Of a stretch of DNA of 64,000 nucleotides, positions 35,360 through 49,100 are shown piece after piece. Where the stretch lies: contig JAKMXF010000319.1 in assembly GCA_024704765.1 (NCBI GenBank), positions 124,001-188,000 of the forward strand, in the 5' to 3' direction. Both the position numbers and the translations under genes were made by a program. A model generated the notes under the pieces. That model saw only the letters and a program-made list of their open reading frames with translations. It searched no databases and was not told where the DNA came from. The DNA is from Oopsacas minuta (Eukaryota > Animalia > Porifera). The first letter of the stretch is position 1, and every line of letters starts with the position of its first letter.

Positions 35360-38300
35360 ATGTCTTCAATGCTATTCCTACTACTGCTCAACATTCTAAC
35401 AACCCTTGTGTATCCACAATCACAAGGTGATAGCATCACAGTACACCTACCCTTTGGATCTGTTAAGGGATATTCTAACGGGGATTCTTGGCAGTTCTAT
35501 CGAATCCCATTCGCAGCTCCCCCCATTGGAAATCTACGCTGGGCCCCACCCTCCAACTTCACAGCTTGGAGTGGAGATACGCTAGATGCTAAATACCCAC
35601 CACCAGCATGCATTCAGAAGTGTTTACTTGCGCCAAACTTTTGTGCTGCAAATATGAGCGAAGATTGTCTCTATATTAATATATTCATACCACTCTCTTG
35701 GAGGCCAGAATCTAAGAAAGATTACAATATACTGCTGTATATACATGGAGGATCATTTACAAAAGGAACTTCAGGATGTCTAATCTTTGATTCACGGTAA
35801 AAAGCACATATTTTAAGTAAAACTATGTAAAGTAATATGCTTGTTTCTCATCCACGCTCGTCGCAAATTTCGTCCCCCGTCCGGAACCATATTAGTTGTA
35901 TTTTTCCAGATTTATAGATATTCTTTGGTTACATGTTGTGCAATCCACATTATACTACTTCTATAAAAATTCTGCCCAGATAAAATGTGATGTGATAATC
36001 GGCAGGTCAAAAAATCTAATGGCAGTAGATGCCGGATATGAGAGCCTGAACTTGATTTACGGAATATTTTGTATTTTACTCCATTGAATTTTTACCGGAT
36101 ATAAGAACATATTACTGGAAAACAGTTGCCATACACCCCAATATTATTTATGCCGGTTATAAGAACACTTTTAGAGTAGTAGTCTAATTGGTTCTCATTA
36201 TCGGTATGTTTGTAGAATTGGCATAAATTATACAGTAGAGATATGAGAACAGTTTTCTATAATATTCTTCCTACATCCAAATCTATTTATATGAAATGTT
36301 TTCATAACCGGCACCCATAATTTACTACACACCGAGTATAAGAACATCATGTCCAGCTCCCGACGATGTTCTTATAGTCGGCATCTACACATACAGTAGA
36401 TAACTTGCATATAAAAATATCGACCACCATACCAGTTTCCGAAGAAATTCCGAATGAGAAACAAGTAACATATTTTACATGGCCTGATAGAGCAATCTCA
36501 TAATGTTGCAGCTATTGTCAATGTATATTCCTGACTTGTGTAACACACAAGATCCGAAACACGAATTATAAAAAATCTATGAGAATGAAAGAGGAATTTT
36601 GTAAGCTGAATAGTTACGATATGAATGGCTACAAATGCATTAAAAAATGGAAGTATCGTACATACATGCAAACTGTCCAGACCATACAAGTATTCCCTGT
36701 GATTTTCCATTTGTTCAGACGTTCTGGATTTCACCCAAGTTCAGGGAAACCCAAGAGCCATAAATTTGTTGTAAGATATTACATGTAGACAAGAAATTGT
36801 TCCAAAACTATATAGGTACTTTTCAAAGTTCGCCGAAAGTGTAATCGTGACGTTCAACTATCGGTTAGGAGCTCTCGGTTTCCTTCGTCACCCTCAATAT
36901 GAAATTTATGGTAATATGGGTTTCAGAGATCAAATTATGGCTATGCAATGGGTTAAGGATTATATTTCATATTTCGGAGGGAAAGGCAAGACAACATTGT
37001 TTGGAGAAAGTGCGGGTGCTATATCTGTCGCTGCTCACCTACAATCTCCTTCTTCACATGGACTGTTTGATAATATTATTATTGAGAGTGATCCATGGAC
37101 AGTGCCACTCAGAAACACAATTGATGCTACTTATCTTGGAAAACAGTTTATGAATGTAAGAAATATTCTAGCTGACTTTAAGTATTTGCAAATTCTCAGA
37201 CTTCCCTCTCAAGTATATTTGTTGTCGGAATTAGTATACTCAGACGCGGTACATCTATTTCAAAAGTACAACTGCGGGATATTTTACAGAATTCAAAGTT
37301 GTATGATTACCCCTGAACACTAAATATGAAATGGATCGCAATTATTTATGCCTCATTAATCCGGTATTATTCTTGCATCACTCATAAATTTGCATTTTTC
37401 TTAACAACTGCTGTGATAAAAATGCCCAAACATTGTGGAGATGAGTTTGAAAAGTGGCACAGCGCTCGCCGTACCTGCTGCATCGTATGTGCCGCCCCTC
37501 CAGTATAAAGAGAAAAGTCTTCTCTAGGAACAAAATCCATGAAACTCAGGAATTCGGTATCTAGTTCGGCCAATAAACTCTATATTACGTTTTTCGGGTG
37601 TTTTTGAAAATATTCCTAAATTCAAAGTTTATACCCAAAAATATCAATGACTGGGAATTAATATTTTGGGTGTAAACTTTGGGGAAAAAGGCTCTGAAGT
37701 TTGCAAATATATCCCTGAATTCTAAAATTTTCATGAATTTCTTGTAAATTGTATTTACAAAAGCAATTTTACAAAAATATGGCATATCTTGACTAGTAGC
37801 CAATTTCATTATTGAGTGAAATATCTACAAAATTGATACCTATCCCAAATTTTGATTCTCCTAAAAGTTTGAGAAAGGGGATGTCAAGTTGACACCTTAA
37901 TTTTTGCCAATTTCGAATTTTTGATTGATATCAAAGTTGATACAATAAATTTGTAGGAACTTGGTTGTTCAGATAAAAGCTGTCTCTATACTAAGTCTTC
38001 ATCAGAAATATTACTAGCGCAAAAATTCATGCCTAAATCAATAACCCCGAATCTTCTCTTAACTTTACTACCCTGGTCGCCAATAATAGACGATATTTAC
38101 CTTACAAAACAACCGTACAGATATATAATGGACATCGCAGATGGAAATATATTACCACCTGCAATTATTGGTGGAACAACAGATGAAGGTTATCTCTTCA
38201 TCAAACGTGAAGAGACAGCATCTCCAATTAAAGGGCAGGCATTTTACTATGAAAAGTTGCTTGAAACTTTTCCATTAACTTACTTGTATGTCATTGGAGT

Positions 38301-38787
38301 ATATAATAGCGTGTATGGACAACCAACAGACTACATTGATAGGTTATCATTAATCATGGGGGATTATCTGTTTCTGTGTCCGACAAGGCATTTGGTCGCG
38401 ACAATCTCCAAGGGTCGACAGAAGGATATCTGGAGTTATCTTTGGCATAGAGGGGAGACATACAATGCAACAAATGATGCTTGTTATAAGAGACCGTGTC
38501 ATGAGTCAGAACTGCCTTATGTGTTCGGTTCAGTAAGTTTATGGGGCCAAAAGTTCACTCCCAACGACCTGAACCTATCAAAGCAGATACAGACCTACTG
38601 GAAGAACATGGCTAACAAGGGTAATCCAAACACACTGCCAATTGAGACTGAACAATTTCCTGTATGGCCACGTTATGAAACAGAGGATTTGGCACAAATG
38701 CTGTTCAATGATCCAATCGGAAGAGTAGCTTATGCCTATAGAGAGACAACATGCAATTTTCTAGACACTATTGGCTATGATCAGTAA
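35360..38787 (+). CDS. Secreted type-B carboxylesterase/cholinesterase-like hydrolase, exons 35360-35796, 36816-37155, 37957-38787
   Basis: Signal peptide; IPFAAPPIGNLRWAPP; SEDCLYINI; IHGGSF; NYRLGALGF; catalytic GESAG, GGTTDEG and CHESELPYVFG. Confidence 0.93.
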
Positions 38788-39502
38788 AATATCAAAGAAA
38801 TGACAAGTGAAGATAAATATTTATCTGTTAAAATATGATTTAATTGTCCTATGTTTTCACTATACCTCCTACTATCTATGTTTTATCATTTATGACATCT
38901 TGTATGCCCTTCATATATGTATATATTACTACAGCAGAACCTGATGAGGAGTTATTTTGATTAATTATATCTTGCTCAGACAAAGCACCACGTGAGCATT
39001 ATATCAATCCTCATCTATTATCAGGTTATACACTTACTCTATGATAAGTATGATTTTTGTATCAGTGTAATGATATCAATATTACCTCGTGGTTAATATG
39101 TATCACAAGTTTCCTTATCCAGAACATTCTATCGATCTTAAGACATTCACGTCATTACTAATAGAGTTATGAAACTATCTATTTATTAGTATAGAAGATT
39201 CTCGTTCATGCCTGACTACAATAATTCTCAATTCATTTGGTAGAATGCAATATGTACTTGATTGCAAGATTAGAAAGCACCTACCCGTCCAACTGTACAA
39301 ATGTTATGTACTACAACTGGGCTATTGAATATCACGCTTCACTATTATTAGATGACTCACAAATAGCCAGCGAGCATCGAAGTTCATAACTTTCCTGATC
39401 CACAAATAAATTTATCAACGAATATACTCTGTCACATGCATAAATATATATATCAATACCAAATAATCCATCACTACTTCAACACTATATACACCTCATC
39501 CA

Positions 39503-41298
39503 TTACAACACAGCGTAACTAGCACTAGTACAAATCCCACACTTATTTTTCTTCATAGCGATCTTAAAATATCCTCCAACTCCCCAATATGTTCCCCATG
39601 AATTCTTAACCTCCCAGTAATCCTTCCCATCTAGTTCATCATGACCATAACCAACCACAAGTACTCCATGATCCAGTTTAGTTGAACTACAAAATTCTGG
39701 ATCGTAAACTCCAAACAGGTATAATTGCAATGAGATATGTGAGGCATCCATCGCTACTGAAATAGGTCCGATGTTGGCAGATGCGTCTTTCAGGCCTAGA
39801 ATATCTCCAGATTTAATGTCCACATAGCTTTTGACCTTAGTTACTCCCTTGCTCTCATCGTATTTGCATTTTCCATTCTAAAAACATGAAAATAGCATAT
39901 ACAAAGATATATCTGAGATTCAATGAGGATACTATTGTTGAACGTATATAGCATAATTAATAGTTTCAGGTCAACTCAATATACAATTCTAAATTTCGCT
40001 CGCTTGGGGGAAATGACACTCAAATATTTGCATGGTTCTGTTTCTATAATACTAAGTAATTACCTCAGCTGTGTATTTATAATCCACATTCAGCTCTTCA
40101 GTATGATTCTTGAGATACCTGTACGCATTATCCATCAGTCCTCCCTGACATCCATGGTTGCCAAATGCAGTAGAACAATCCACTAGTTCCTGTTCTGAAA
40201 ATGAATCTAGCTTGCCATTCTTGAGAGCGTATTGACCTTCTAAGCATCCAGTCGTACTGAATGCCCAACATGAACCGCATTGACCCTAAATAATAAATTT
40301 AGCACAGTTTGTATATGAAATTTTCAAACATTTCCAAGTAGTATTTAGTTTTTCTCGCGTCAAAATGATTCACTTCCACCTTCGACGACTTCTTTGGCCA
40401 ATTTGTTCTGACTATTTCTGCTATATTTTCACTTAGAATAATCATTTCAATTTCATATAACCAGACCAACGTAGTTCTTATACTGGGTGACTTTTCCCTA
40501 TTTAATCATTATCTTGCTTTTTTTCCTGGACTTAGCGGGAAAAACTAGACTCTAAATCTCAAATATTAAAATGTATTCACTCTTGAATATCACGACTGTG
40601 ATACATATCAATTACGATAAATAGCTAATCACTCCTATTATGTATGCAAACTATTATGAGAAATTTACCTGATCTTTCATTGGGGTTACAATTCCCTTTT
40701 TCCTCCAATCTACCTTTGCTGGTAGATCATCAGCATCCATGCTGTAGACATGATAGTTGTTCTGATTATCAGGCTTCTTGCTCAAGCGTGCTTCATTGTC
40801 GAAACCCAGCATCATTTGTCTATATTCCAAATTTGTCTATAGAACAAATTACAATCTTATACGACAATTATAATATGCACAGTGGAGTTCGCCTGTTACA
40901 TATCTTTTTGAATGAATTTTCCTCGCTAAAACGCGAGATGTATGCACAAAATCTCTATAGTCTTAGAAAATTTCCAGCAAAATCAGTGACAATTGAATAT
41001 TTGAAATCGAACTGAAATTAATAGAGTATTAACATGAATTGAAAAGTTTAATATAATTAATATTCCAAATGCTTACCATATCTGCAAACCGGTTGACTCC
41101 CACGGTATAAGAATGCCCTTGAGCATTGAATTCCTCAATGAACCTAAGATTATCCTCAAAAATTAACTTCCTCATTCTCTCTTCCTCTCCAACATACGTC
41201 CTGTTGTGGATCTTCTTGAATCCAGCCCATGTATAGTCCTCTAGTTCATAGGCTGCAGCCACATAGACAAATACTAACACAAGTATAATAGACTTCAT
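39503..41298 (-). CDS. CTSL: Cathepsin L-like cysteine protease paralog, exons 41298-41077, 40836-40669, 40285-40064, 39877-39503
   Basis: Signal peptide; propeptide (VNRFADM); VDWRKKG; [14 protein letters not shown] and KNSWG. Same three intron positions as the paralog at 21217. Confidence 0.95.
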
Positions 41299-42781
41299 TT
41301 CAAAATAGTTATTTGTTTGAAATTTGGAATATAAGTATGGATACGTTTAATGACTATCCAAGTATCAGATTACTATACAGATCATGCGTTCCTAGTGCCT
41401 CATCAAAAAATGTAAGAAGTTGAATAGACTATTAGCTTAACAACACTAATGGCTACAATCCAAATTTGTATACTCCCAAAACGGACACTCCGTAAAGCGG
41501 ACAAGACCTCTACAACGGACAAGCTCGTGGAACGAACTAAGTTATAAAATATGTAAATAATACTTAATCAATCTCTGAGAAGCGGACATCTCACCTACAA
41601 AAGACAACATCTAATCCCCAATGTATCCTTTATTGGGAGACTCCACTGTAATTTGTAATTAAAATGTATTTTACAATCCATGGTTAATTGAAAATGTTTA
41701 ATTCGAATGTACTTTTTGTATTTGTATCTAAAGATTTTTGGATGAGTTTTGCAAAATATGTGATGGTTTACCAAATGAGTTACAGTCATTAATGATCAAA
41801 TTGACGATCTATTGTTCTTGTCCTGATCTGCATGTACATATTTATGGGTAACACCGAAAGTCAGGGATTGCGTAAATTTCCAGCAAAGTGGACAGTTTGC
41901 AAATTTCCCAAATAATTAATAGTAGAATTTCGCACATTGTCAAACACTCCTGAACAATTCACAGATATACCCAAAAGTATCATTTTTCCAAATGTTTATC
42001 ACTTGCAATTCTACTCAATATGTCTTATTTACCAAACAACTGAGTGGCTGAGTCATAGAATAATAGCCTACTCAGAGAACTCAAGTTATTTTGATGCTCA
42101 AAGTAATTCCTCGGTTAAAATAATTAACAAATACATATGAATATTCATGCATAGCATTTTAAGCAAATATATTTTACCCAGACACATAAACAATCCCAAT
42201 ATAAAAGTTTTCATAGACATCAACAAGTTGACCAAGTTTTCTAAGAAAGGCTTAACTTTAATAAGGAGATCTATCCCACTGTTAGTAGTGATATTGGCTT
42301 CTTTGTCATGCGGATGAGATATCTACTTATCAGATATATCGCATCAAGCCACAGACTAACAGTAATAAACTCTGCTATACAGGTGGTATAGCAGAGTTTA
42401 TTGCTGTTAGTTTCTGTTCGAAAATATACAATTCGTTAATAATTTAGTGATTCTTCTACTTCTCCACATTCTAGATTGTTATATGTTGAATTCTTTCCAT
42501 AACGATGTAATTTTTGCGTCGTCGTAGGAACACATTCTGATACTGTAAATTTCTCGCAGTACCACTTTTCGCAATGACTTGAATTTCTGAATTTCTGTGA
42601 TGCTAGATATATATTAGCTGAAATCCGACATTTGTAGGCAACTATACTTGGCGCATAAGACTGTATATACCCGTATGTATTATGTATAATAAGACAATTT
42701 GTCGGGAACTAGAAGATATCACTCAAGATTGACAGATATACCTTAAACTTCCAAATACTACACACTTTGTAACAATATTTA

Positions 42782-43031
42782 CACTCCCTGGCCAAAAGTA
42801 TTGGAATACTCTGCCACAATTGACACATGGCACAAATATGAATTTACTCTAGTTGCATAAGCTAAAATTAATATCAAACATCTGTGATCATATTTCGATC
42901 ATTACTTTTATCATTACAATCGCCTTTTCTGATATATTTTCAGATTATTCAGTATGTATATTCTCGTAATGTACCATATGCCACATGTGTCATTAATAGT
43001 ATGGTGTTCCAATACTTTTGGCCAGGGAGTG
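42782..43031. mobile_element. Tc1/mariner-type MITE, 250 bp, copy 1
   Basis: TA-flanked TIRs CACTCCCTGGCCAAAAGTATTGGAA; second copy in inverted orientation at 61249-61498. Confidence 0.9.
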
Positions 43032-44478
43032 TATTTTAACTTGTTTGATTTGTTGCTCCACTCGACAGGATAACTCAAAAGTTACAAACGCATATCAGTT
43101 ACCTTCAAAAACCTTGTTAATATTGATATTTTGAGATTTCTTTAATATGTTTACAAAGTGTACAGAATAACAAAAATGTTATATGCTACATGCGACGCAT
43201 TTGGAATGATGAAGTTCAACTTATACGATTCCCTTTAATCGGTATATAAATTGATCAAAAAGATAGTCACAGACGAGAGTCTTTACTAATTATTCCAACA
43301 AATTGTGTAATTATCCAAGTGCATATACAAAGTATAAATGACAAGAGAAATGAGAGAATTAATTAAACTATTGCATAGCGTGTATAAGCATGATATAAGC
43401 AATTAAAAATTTTAGTTAGTCAACTTTCTGAGTTATACAGCCATCTTAACTTACTATATACGGTAGTATTCTGGATAGATTATGAATCAGTAGAGCTTTC
43501 CTACTCTTTTTGGATTCATTTCAATTCAATAGTACTCATTCTAGACAAATTCACATTAGTATTCTTTATGGCAAATGTAAATTTCTAAGATGTAAAAGCG
43601 AATAAAATGACGTCACAGGTCCGGAGCAAGCAAATTAAATTTGTCAGGAAAAATTTGAAACCTCATGGATTTGTACAGGCCAAGCCACAAAGTGGTCAGG
43701 CATTAGTCTTACCTACCTGACGGTCCCGCCGGTCTGGCATCATTCTATACGAAAAGAATAATAGTTTTCATAGCATACTGAATTGATTATAAATCAACTC
43801 AAAGAAAGAGTAAGAGATTACTCAGTTAACAATGAAGGAATTATCCCATTGTATAAATATCGAACAAGAATAGCAAGTAGAATATCCTTTCTTCTTATTC
43901 ATAGATATTCAATTCTGTAAAGTGAAAACAGAATATTCAGGATGAGAGTATTAAAACATTTTACATTTGGTGGCACACCGTTTGAGAACCACAGCTGTAT
44001 AGTAATCACCCAAGTACAATTACTATATTTTCCATAAAAATATGTAATACTGTAATAAGATCAATTTACTAGTAATACAATATTCGCATTACTAATGAAT
44101 ATAATGTACATTCAATTTTTCCTATCGAATTACCATTCAAGAATAAATTACTATATTTCAAAGCCATAGAAGGGCTTGACTTATCTGACAAATACGCCGG
44201 TCTACTGTAAGCCTTTTTAATGTATAAGTGTAGTGTCAATTTGATAATTATTCAATGAAATTGCTTTAGAAATGTAATATTGTATAACAATAAGATGTTT
44301 TATAATGTAAGGCTTTTAATAAGTGTATATTGTGTACAAATATGGCCATTCAATAGCAAGTTGAACTACTTGAATTTGCAACCATAAAAGGCTGTATTCG
44401 TGATCCATTATCGAGTAGATGGCATATAAATAGTACAACTAAAGCGATTCTACAAAAATACAAAATTAATCTGAAATA

Positions 44479-45561
44479 ATGGGAGACGAAAACGTCGCAA
44501 TAGTCCTTGACAACGGTTCAGGAATGTTCAAGGCTGGATTTTCTGGTGAAGACATCCCCCGCGTGATTTTTCCTACCGTTACTGGCTATTCATATAATGA
44601 TTACGTCACTCAAAGCAAAGATATCTACTTCGGTTATGAAGCATTAGGTAAGGATAATGTATCCTTACACCATCCAATACAACTGGGTATTATCACAGAT
44701 TGGGAACATATGGAATCAATATGGCAACACACATTCCATAACGAACTTAATGTTGCTACGGAAGATAGACCTATATTACTAACAGAGTCACCACTTAATC
44801 CTAGAACAAACCGCGATAAAATTATGGAAATTATGTTTGAAACATTCAATATTCCTTCATTATACATAGCAAAACAGCCTGTGCTATCCCTTTACGCATC
44901 AGGCCGTACTACAGGCATAGTATATGACTCAGGATACAATGCATCACATACAGTTCCTATTTTTGAAGGCAATACTCTAACACATGCTATAAACACAGCT
45001 GATATATCAGGTCGTGACGTCACGGAGCATTTAATTCAGCTGTTGACCAAACGAGGGATTTTATTGGGTGGACACAATACATGTGATATTAAGGAAAAAG
45101 CATGTTACGTAGCATTAGATTACAAACTAGAACTAAAAGGTGTCACAAACACTAACTATGAGCTACCAGATGGAGAGATTGTCACCCTCGGCAACGAGAT
45201 ATTCACTTCCCCAGAAATTTTATTCAACCCTTCCTTACACGACTGTGTAACCTTAGGTGCACACGAACTTATAAACAACTCAATACAGCAATGTGAAAAA
45301 GGCATCCAAAAATGCATGTACAGCAACATTATACTATCAAGTGGTAACACGTTATTCCCTGGCATGGCTAAACGAATGTTAAAGGAGTTGAATGGAATAT
45401 CCCCACCTCGTGTTAGAGTCAAACTGATAGCACCTCCTGAAAGGAAATACTCTGTTTGGATTGGAGGCAGTATTCTGGCTTCTATGAGTTCATTTCAACA
45501 AATGTGGTTGTCTAATGAAGAGTATCATGAAGGGGAGTATAGGAAGAGAAGATACTTTTAA
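44479..45561 (+). CDS. Divergent actin / actin-like protein, intronless, 360 aa
   Basis: DNGSGMFKAG, LLTESPLNP, YASGRTTG, YELPDG, PPERKYSVWIGGSILAS; many substitutions and deletions relative to conventional actin. Confidence 0.93.
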   Translation: MGDENVAIVLDNGSGMFKAGFSGEDIPRVIFPTVTGYSYNDYVTQSKDIYFGYEALGKDNVSLHHPIQLGIITDWEHMESIWQHTFHNELNVATEDRPILLTESPLNPRTNRDKIMEIMFETFNIPSLYIAKQPVLSLYASGRTTGIVYDSGYNASHTVPIFEGNTLTHAINTADISGRDVTEHLIQLLTKRGILLGGHNTCDIKEKACYVALDYKLELKGVTNTNYELPDGEIVTLGNEIFTSPEILFNPSLHDCVTLGAHELINNSIQQCEKGIQKCMYSNIILSSGNTLFPGMAKRMLKELNGISPPRVRVKLIAPPERKYSVWIGGSILASMSSFQQMWLSNEEYHEGEYRKRRYF

Positions 45562-46050
45562 TTTTATTTTTCATGTTTGTAAATATATTAAAAGATCTTA
45601 TTGCATCCAATACTGCAGATAACAAATACATAATGCTATGTTAGCCCAGGCAATGAAAGTTTCATTTTGTATTATTTAATCTCAAATTGACTCACTTTCA
45701 CCTCCTAACTTCAACGCCACAAGCGTTCGTTTAGTTCGTTCTTCCAGTTTTCGCAGGAATCAGACCCAAGAAATTAATGTGGTTATAGCGTGAGTGCCCA
45801 ATTTGCCGTGAAAACATTAATAGCATAACCAAAATATTCCAATAACAGTGAACCTTTCCTTGGTAATATTTTTCTTATTTTTCCTTATTTTTCCTTATTT
45901 AACATAATTCGATAATACATTAACATTTCTCTTATTCTATATTACTGTCAATTATTTAATCATTATAAATCATGCTCTCCCAAGCAAATATTTTGAGTCA
46001 AATTCCGGCTTCAGGTTTGTGTCATGTTCCAAAATCAGTATTGGGACAAA

Positions 46051-47610
46051 TTACGACTTCGGTTTTAGGTCATTTTCCACGGCCTTCTGTGTAGGTATCA
46101 ATTGTATTCGGATAAGGAAGGAATCCTTTTGAAGAAATGGAGAAATAATGAAATTATCGAAAAATGCAATCTGCATGTAATCCCCTTTAATGAGACGATC
46201 AATTTTTCCTTTCTTACAAATTGATATATTTTCATTATTTCTGTTGATAAGTTGAACTTGATGATAACAGAATTGATTTCTCTGTGGAATAGCTTTATCT
46301 GTTATAGACCTTATTCTGATGTCTAATTGCTTGAATACACCGTTATGATAGAATATAGCTTGGCACTGGAGGTTATGATCGTATAATCCGAATATAGGAC
46401 TTTCGATCCTCAGATTCCTTTTGAAAGAATTCATAACATCAGTTATTTCCCATTCAAATTTTTCGAAGAACTCAAATTCTGTCGATGTTAATTCTTGGCC
46501 CATCTGCAATTTTATCACTGTTAATGACGTGCTTAAAGCTTTATTGTAAGTTATTTGTTTTACGACAAGCTTTTGTAAATTATTGCTTATCTGTTTCTGT
46601 GTTGCTAATGAAGATTTCAGACTGTCTACATCCTGGTTGTTTTTCGTGACCACTTTCTGAAATTTAATGATCAGCCCCTTCTGTTCACCACATACCTTGT
46701 CAAGTTGGATAATTTGCTCCTTTTGTCTACTGCATATATTCTCTAATTGAATGGAATCGGCCCTTAGCAGTTCTAGCTGTATATCATTGCGATTTGATTT
46801 ATCAGTTAACTGGTTTACATTGTTGTTTACCTCCTGCATCTGTTTAGATTGATCACGAGTAACGATATTCAACTTACTAACATCTTTCTTCGATATTTGA
46901 ATTTGTTGATACAAACATTCTTGATGTGACACAACATATTCTTGTTGATGTGTTTGCACATCTCTTTTTGCTATAGAATTGGTCTTACATCCAAATTCAT
47001 GATATAGACAAGGTTCCTTCTTCATTTCGCAGTGTATTTCTGTGTGTTCATTCATGTTATCTCTTCTCACTCTCTCCATACATCCTTGTGGACAATCCAA
47101 TATATATGCTGGACATTTTGTTAAGTGATTATTCACATTCTTAGCTAAACACAAATCCTTACAGAACTCACATGGTAGTATCCTCATAGGACAACTCTTT
47201 GTATTGTGCTCTATCAAACCGTATTGAGCTAGTATAGTGCTACATTCCTGATTACAGAGTATTAAGAGGTGATCACATTGTAGAAGGTGTTGCTCCAGCT
47301 GTAGTAATTCTCCCTTCCATTTACAACCACGATAATTCAATGGACAGATGACATTCAGTTCGTTAACTGACTCTCTGACGTCATCATTAGGTTCATGCGG
47401 TTTCCCTGCTGTACACGATGTGCAGATAGTTTTACCTTCACAAAACACGGCTTCTTTGATTATTCCATCACATTCAGTGCAAATCAGGAGTTTAATTTCT
47501 AGTTTAGATAGATTTAGTGTTAGAATATCTTGCTTGTAGCCTCTGTACCCAGCAATATGTATGTATAATAGATTATCTGGTGAATCTGGTTCTGTTTGTA
47601 TTGTCGCCAT
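46051..47610 (-). CDS. TRAF-like protein: degenerate RING, TRAF-type Zn fingers, coiled coil, divergent MATH domain; intronless
   Basis: ICTECDGIIKEAVFCEGKTICTSC; CPLNYRGCKW; repeated C-x6-C-x2/3-C-x11-H-x3/4-C; long heptad region; FEWEITD...ESPIF. Start may be 47610 or 47631. Confidence 0.85.
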   Translation of the reverse strand: MATIQTEPDSPDNLLYIHIAGYRGYKQDILTLNLSKLEIKLLICTECDGIIKEAVFCEGKTICTSCTAGKPHEPNDDVRESVNELNVICPLNYRGCKWKGELLQLEQHLLQCDHLLILCNQECSTILAQYGLIEHNTKSCPMRILPCEFCKDLCLAKNVNNHLTKCPAYILDCPQGCMERVRRDNMNEHTEIHCEMKKEPCLYHEFGCKTNSIAKRDVQTHQQEYVVSHQECLYQQIQISKKDVSKLNIVTRDQSKQMQEVNNNVNQLTDKSNRNDIQLELLRADSIQLENICSRQKEQIIQLDKVCGEQKGLIIKFQKVVTKNNQDVDSLKSSLATQKQISNNLQKLVVKQITYNKALSTSLTVIKLQMGQELTSTEFEFFEKFEWEITDVMNSFKRNLRIESPIFGLYDHNLQCQAIFYHNGVFKQLDIRIRSITDKAIPQRNQFCYHQVQLINRNNENISICKKGKIDRLIKGDYMQIAFFDNFIISPFLQKDSFLIRIQLIPTQKAVENDLKPKS

Positions 47611-48968
47611 TCTTTTAATTAATACGTACACACAGGAAGTGCTTATGCTGTGAAGATTATTATGAATCTAAGTTGACTAATTCATTGAAAATGGTGAACT
47701 TTGAATTATTCAAATGAATTACTCGAAGCGTTGCCCCTAATAGAACATTTAAAATGTATCTAACTAGCTGATTATGGGATAATTTGATAATTTTTGAATA
47801 ATTCATTTCAAGCATCAAGAATTGTGATTGTTCCAAATTTTCGAATAATTCAGTAATTCCATGAGTTAGTCAAATAAGGTATAATGGTATGTAGTGTATT
47901 GTGATATCTATTTTGTCCTAGTCATATCTAGTTACTGTGCCGACTGTTTTATATCTAATGTTTCTACGTTGTAGTATTGGTAATAAGATCTCTGTATGAG
48001 TTATATTGGTTGGTTTTTGCATCATTCCAATATTCAAATAATGAGCATATTTGAGTGTATTTTGTAGATTAGAAATGATACAGAATTTGATAAGAGATTC
48101 TATAATCATATAGAATTTGATCAAAAATAAAAATTGATCAGTAAAGGAAGAATTCAAGTAAAATTCGACAGATCTCATCTACATTCAACTGTTTGTAGAA
48201 CATTGGTCAGATTTGTGGAATTTTACTCAGAAAACGTTGTGGCAAAATTTGGGCCTAGTTTTGAGCTAATCCAAAGAAAAATCAAACTCAACACCTCAAA
48301 AATAATTTGAAAGGCACTGAGCAACAAGTAACAGTAGGGAATAGTTTTCAACAAACTGATAAATATATTAATTCTAATTAGAAATTAGGATTCAATGACC
48401 GTTTCTGACTGTACGATTTGGTTAATTCAAATTTCATTCAATTTCTTAAATATCCTAAAGCATTTTGTAGGCAGAGACGGGCCTGTCAGAGCTCAGCTCG
48501 GTTACCTCTCCTATTGCGACCTCTAACTCAAATATTAATAACATTCATGCGGCAGGTTGGCATTTTACGGTAGAGTTAAGCTGAAATAATTTCTAACTAA
48601 CAGTGACCTCACATACAATAGAATATGTGTGTATTACTTTCATTCGTATTTCTCCAGTGAATTATCCTAACAATAATTAGAGTTACAATTTATGAAGGTC
48701 ACCATTCACTGAAGTAGGATTTATTAATCTACCAATCAAATGAAGCATACTGGCAGAATTATACAGGTGGTCGATTTCCATTCATTCTTGTTGTAAATGT
48801 AATATTTTAATTGGTAAAGTTGTTTGAATAGAAATTCTTCGTGATGCATGAAATAGCTTCAACTAGCTATATAATGTTGTAGAATGAATATAATATTCAA
48901 TAGAACTAGTTAGCTTATAGGAAATTTCGTATTCGTTTACCTTGGAGTTTGGCGTAATATTTAATGAG

Positions 48969-49100
48969 GGGTGCATGCTTTAGTTAGAATTTTCTGAATT
49001 GTAACAAGTTAGAATCAATTTTTAGTCGATTCTAACTTGTTACAATTCAGAAAATTCTAACTAATGACAACCTTAAAATTCTAACTAAAGCAGCGCCCCC
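48969..49100. mobile_element. Foldback (Mutator-like) MITE containing a perfect 37-bp-arm inverted repeat
   Basis: Arms 48980-49016 and 49028-49064 are exact reverse complements with an 11-nt loop; G-rich ends; 9-bp direct repeat tttaatgag on both sides. Confidence 0.7.
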
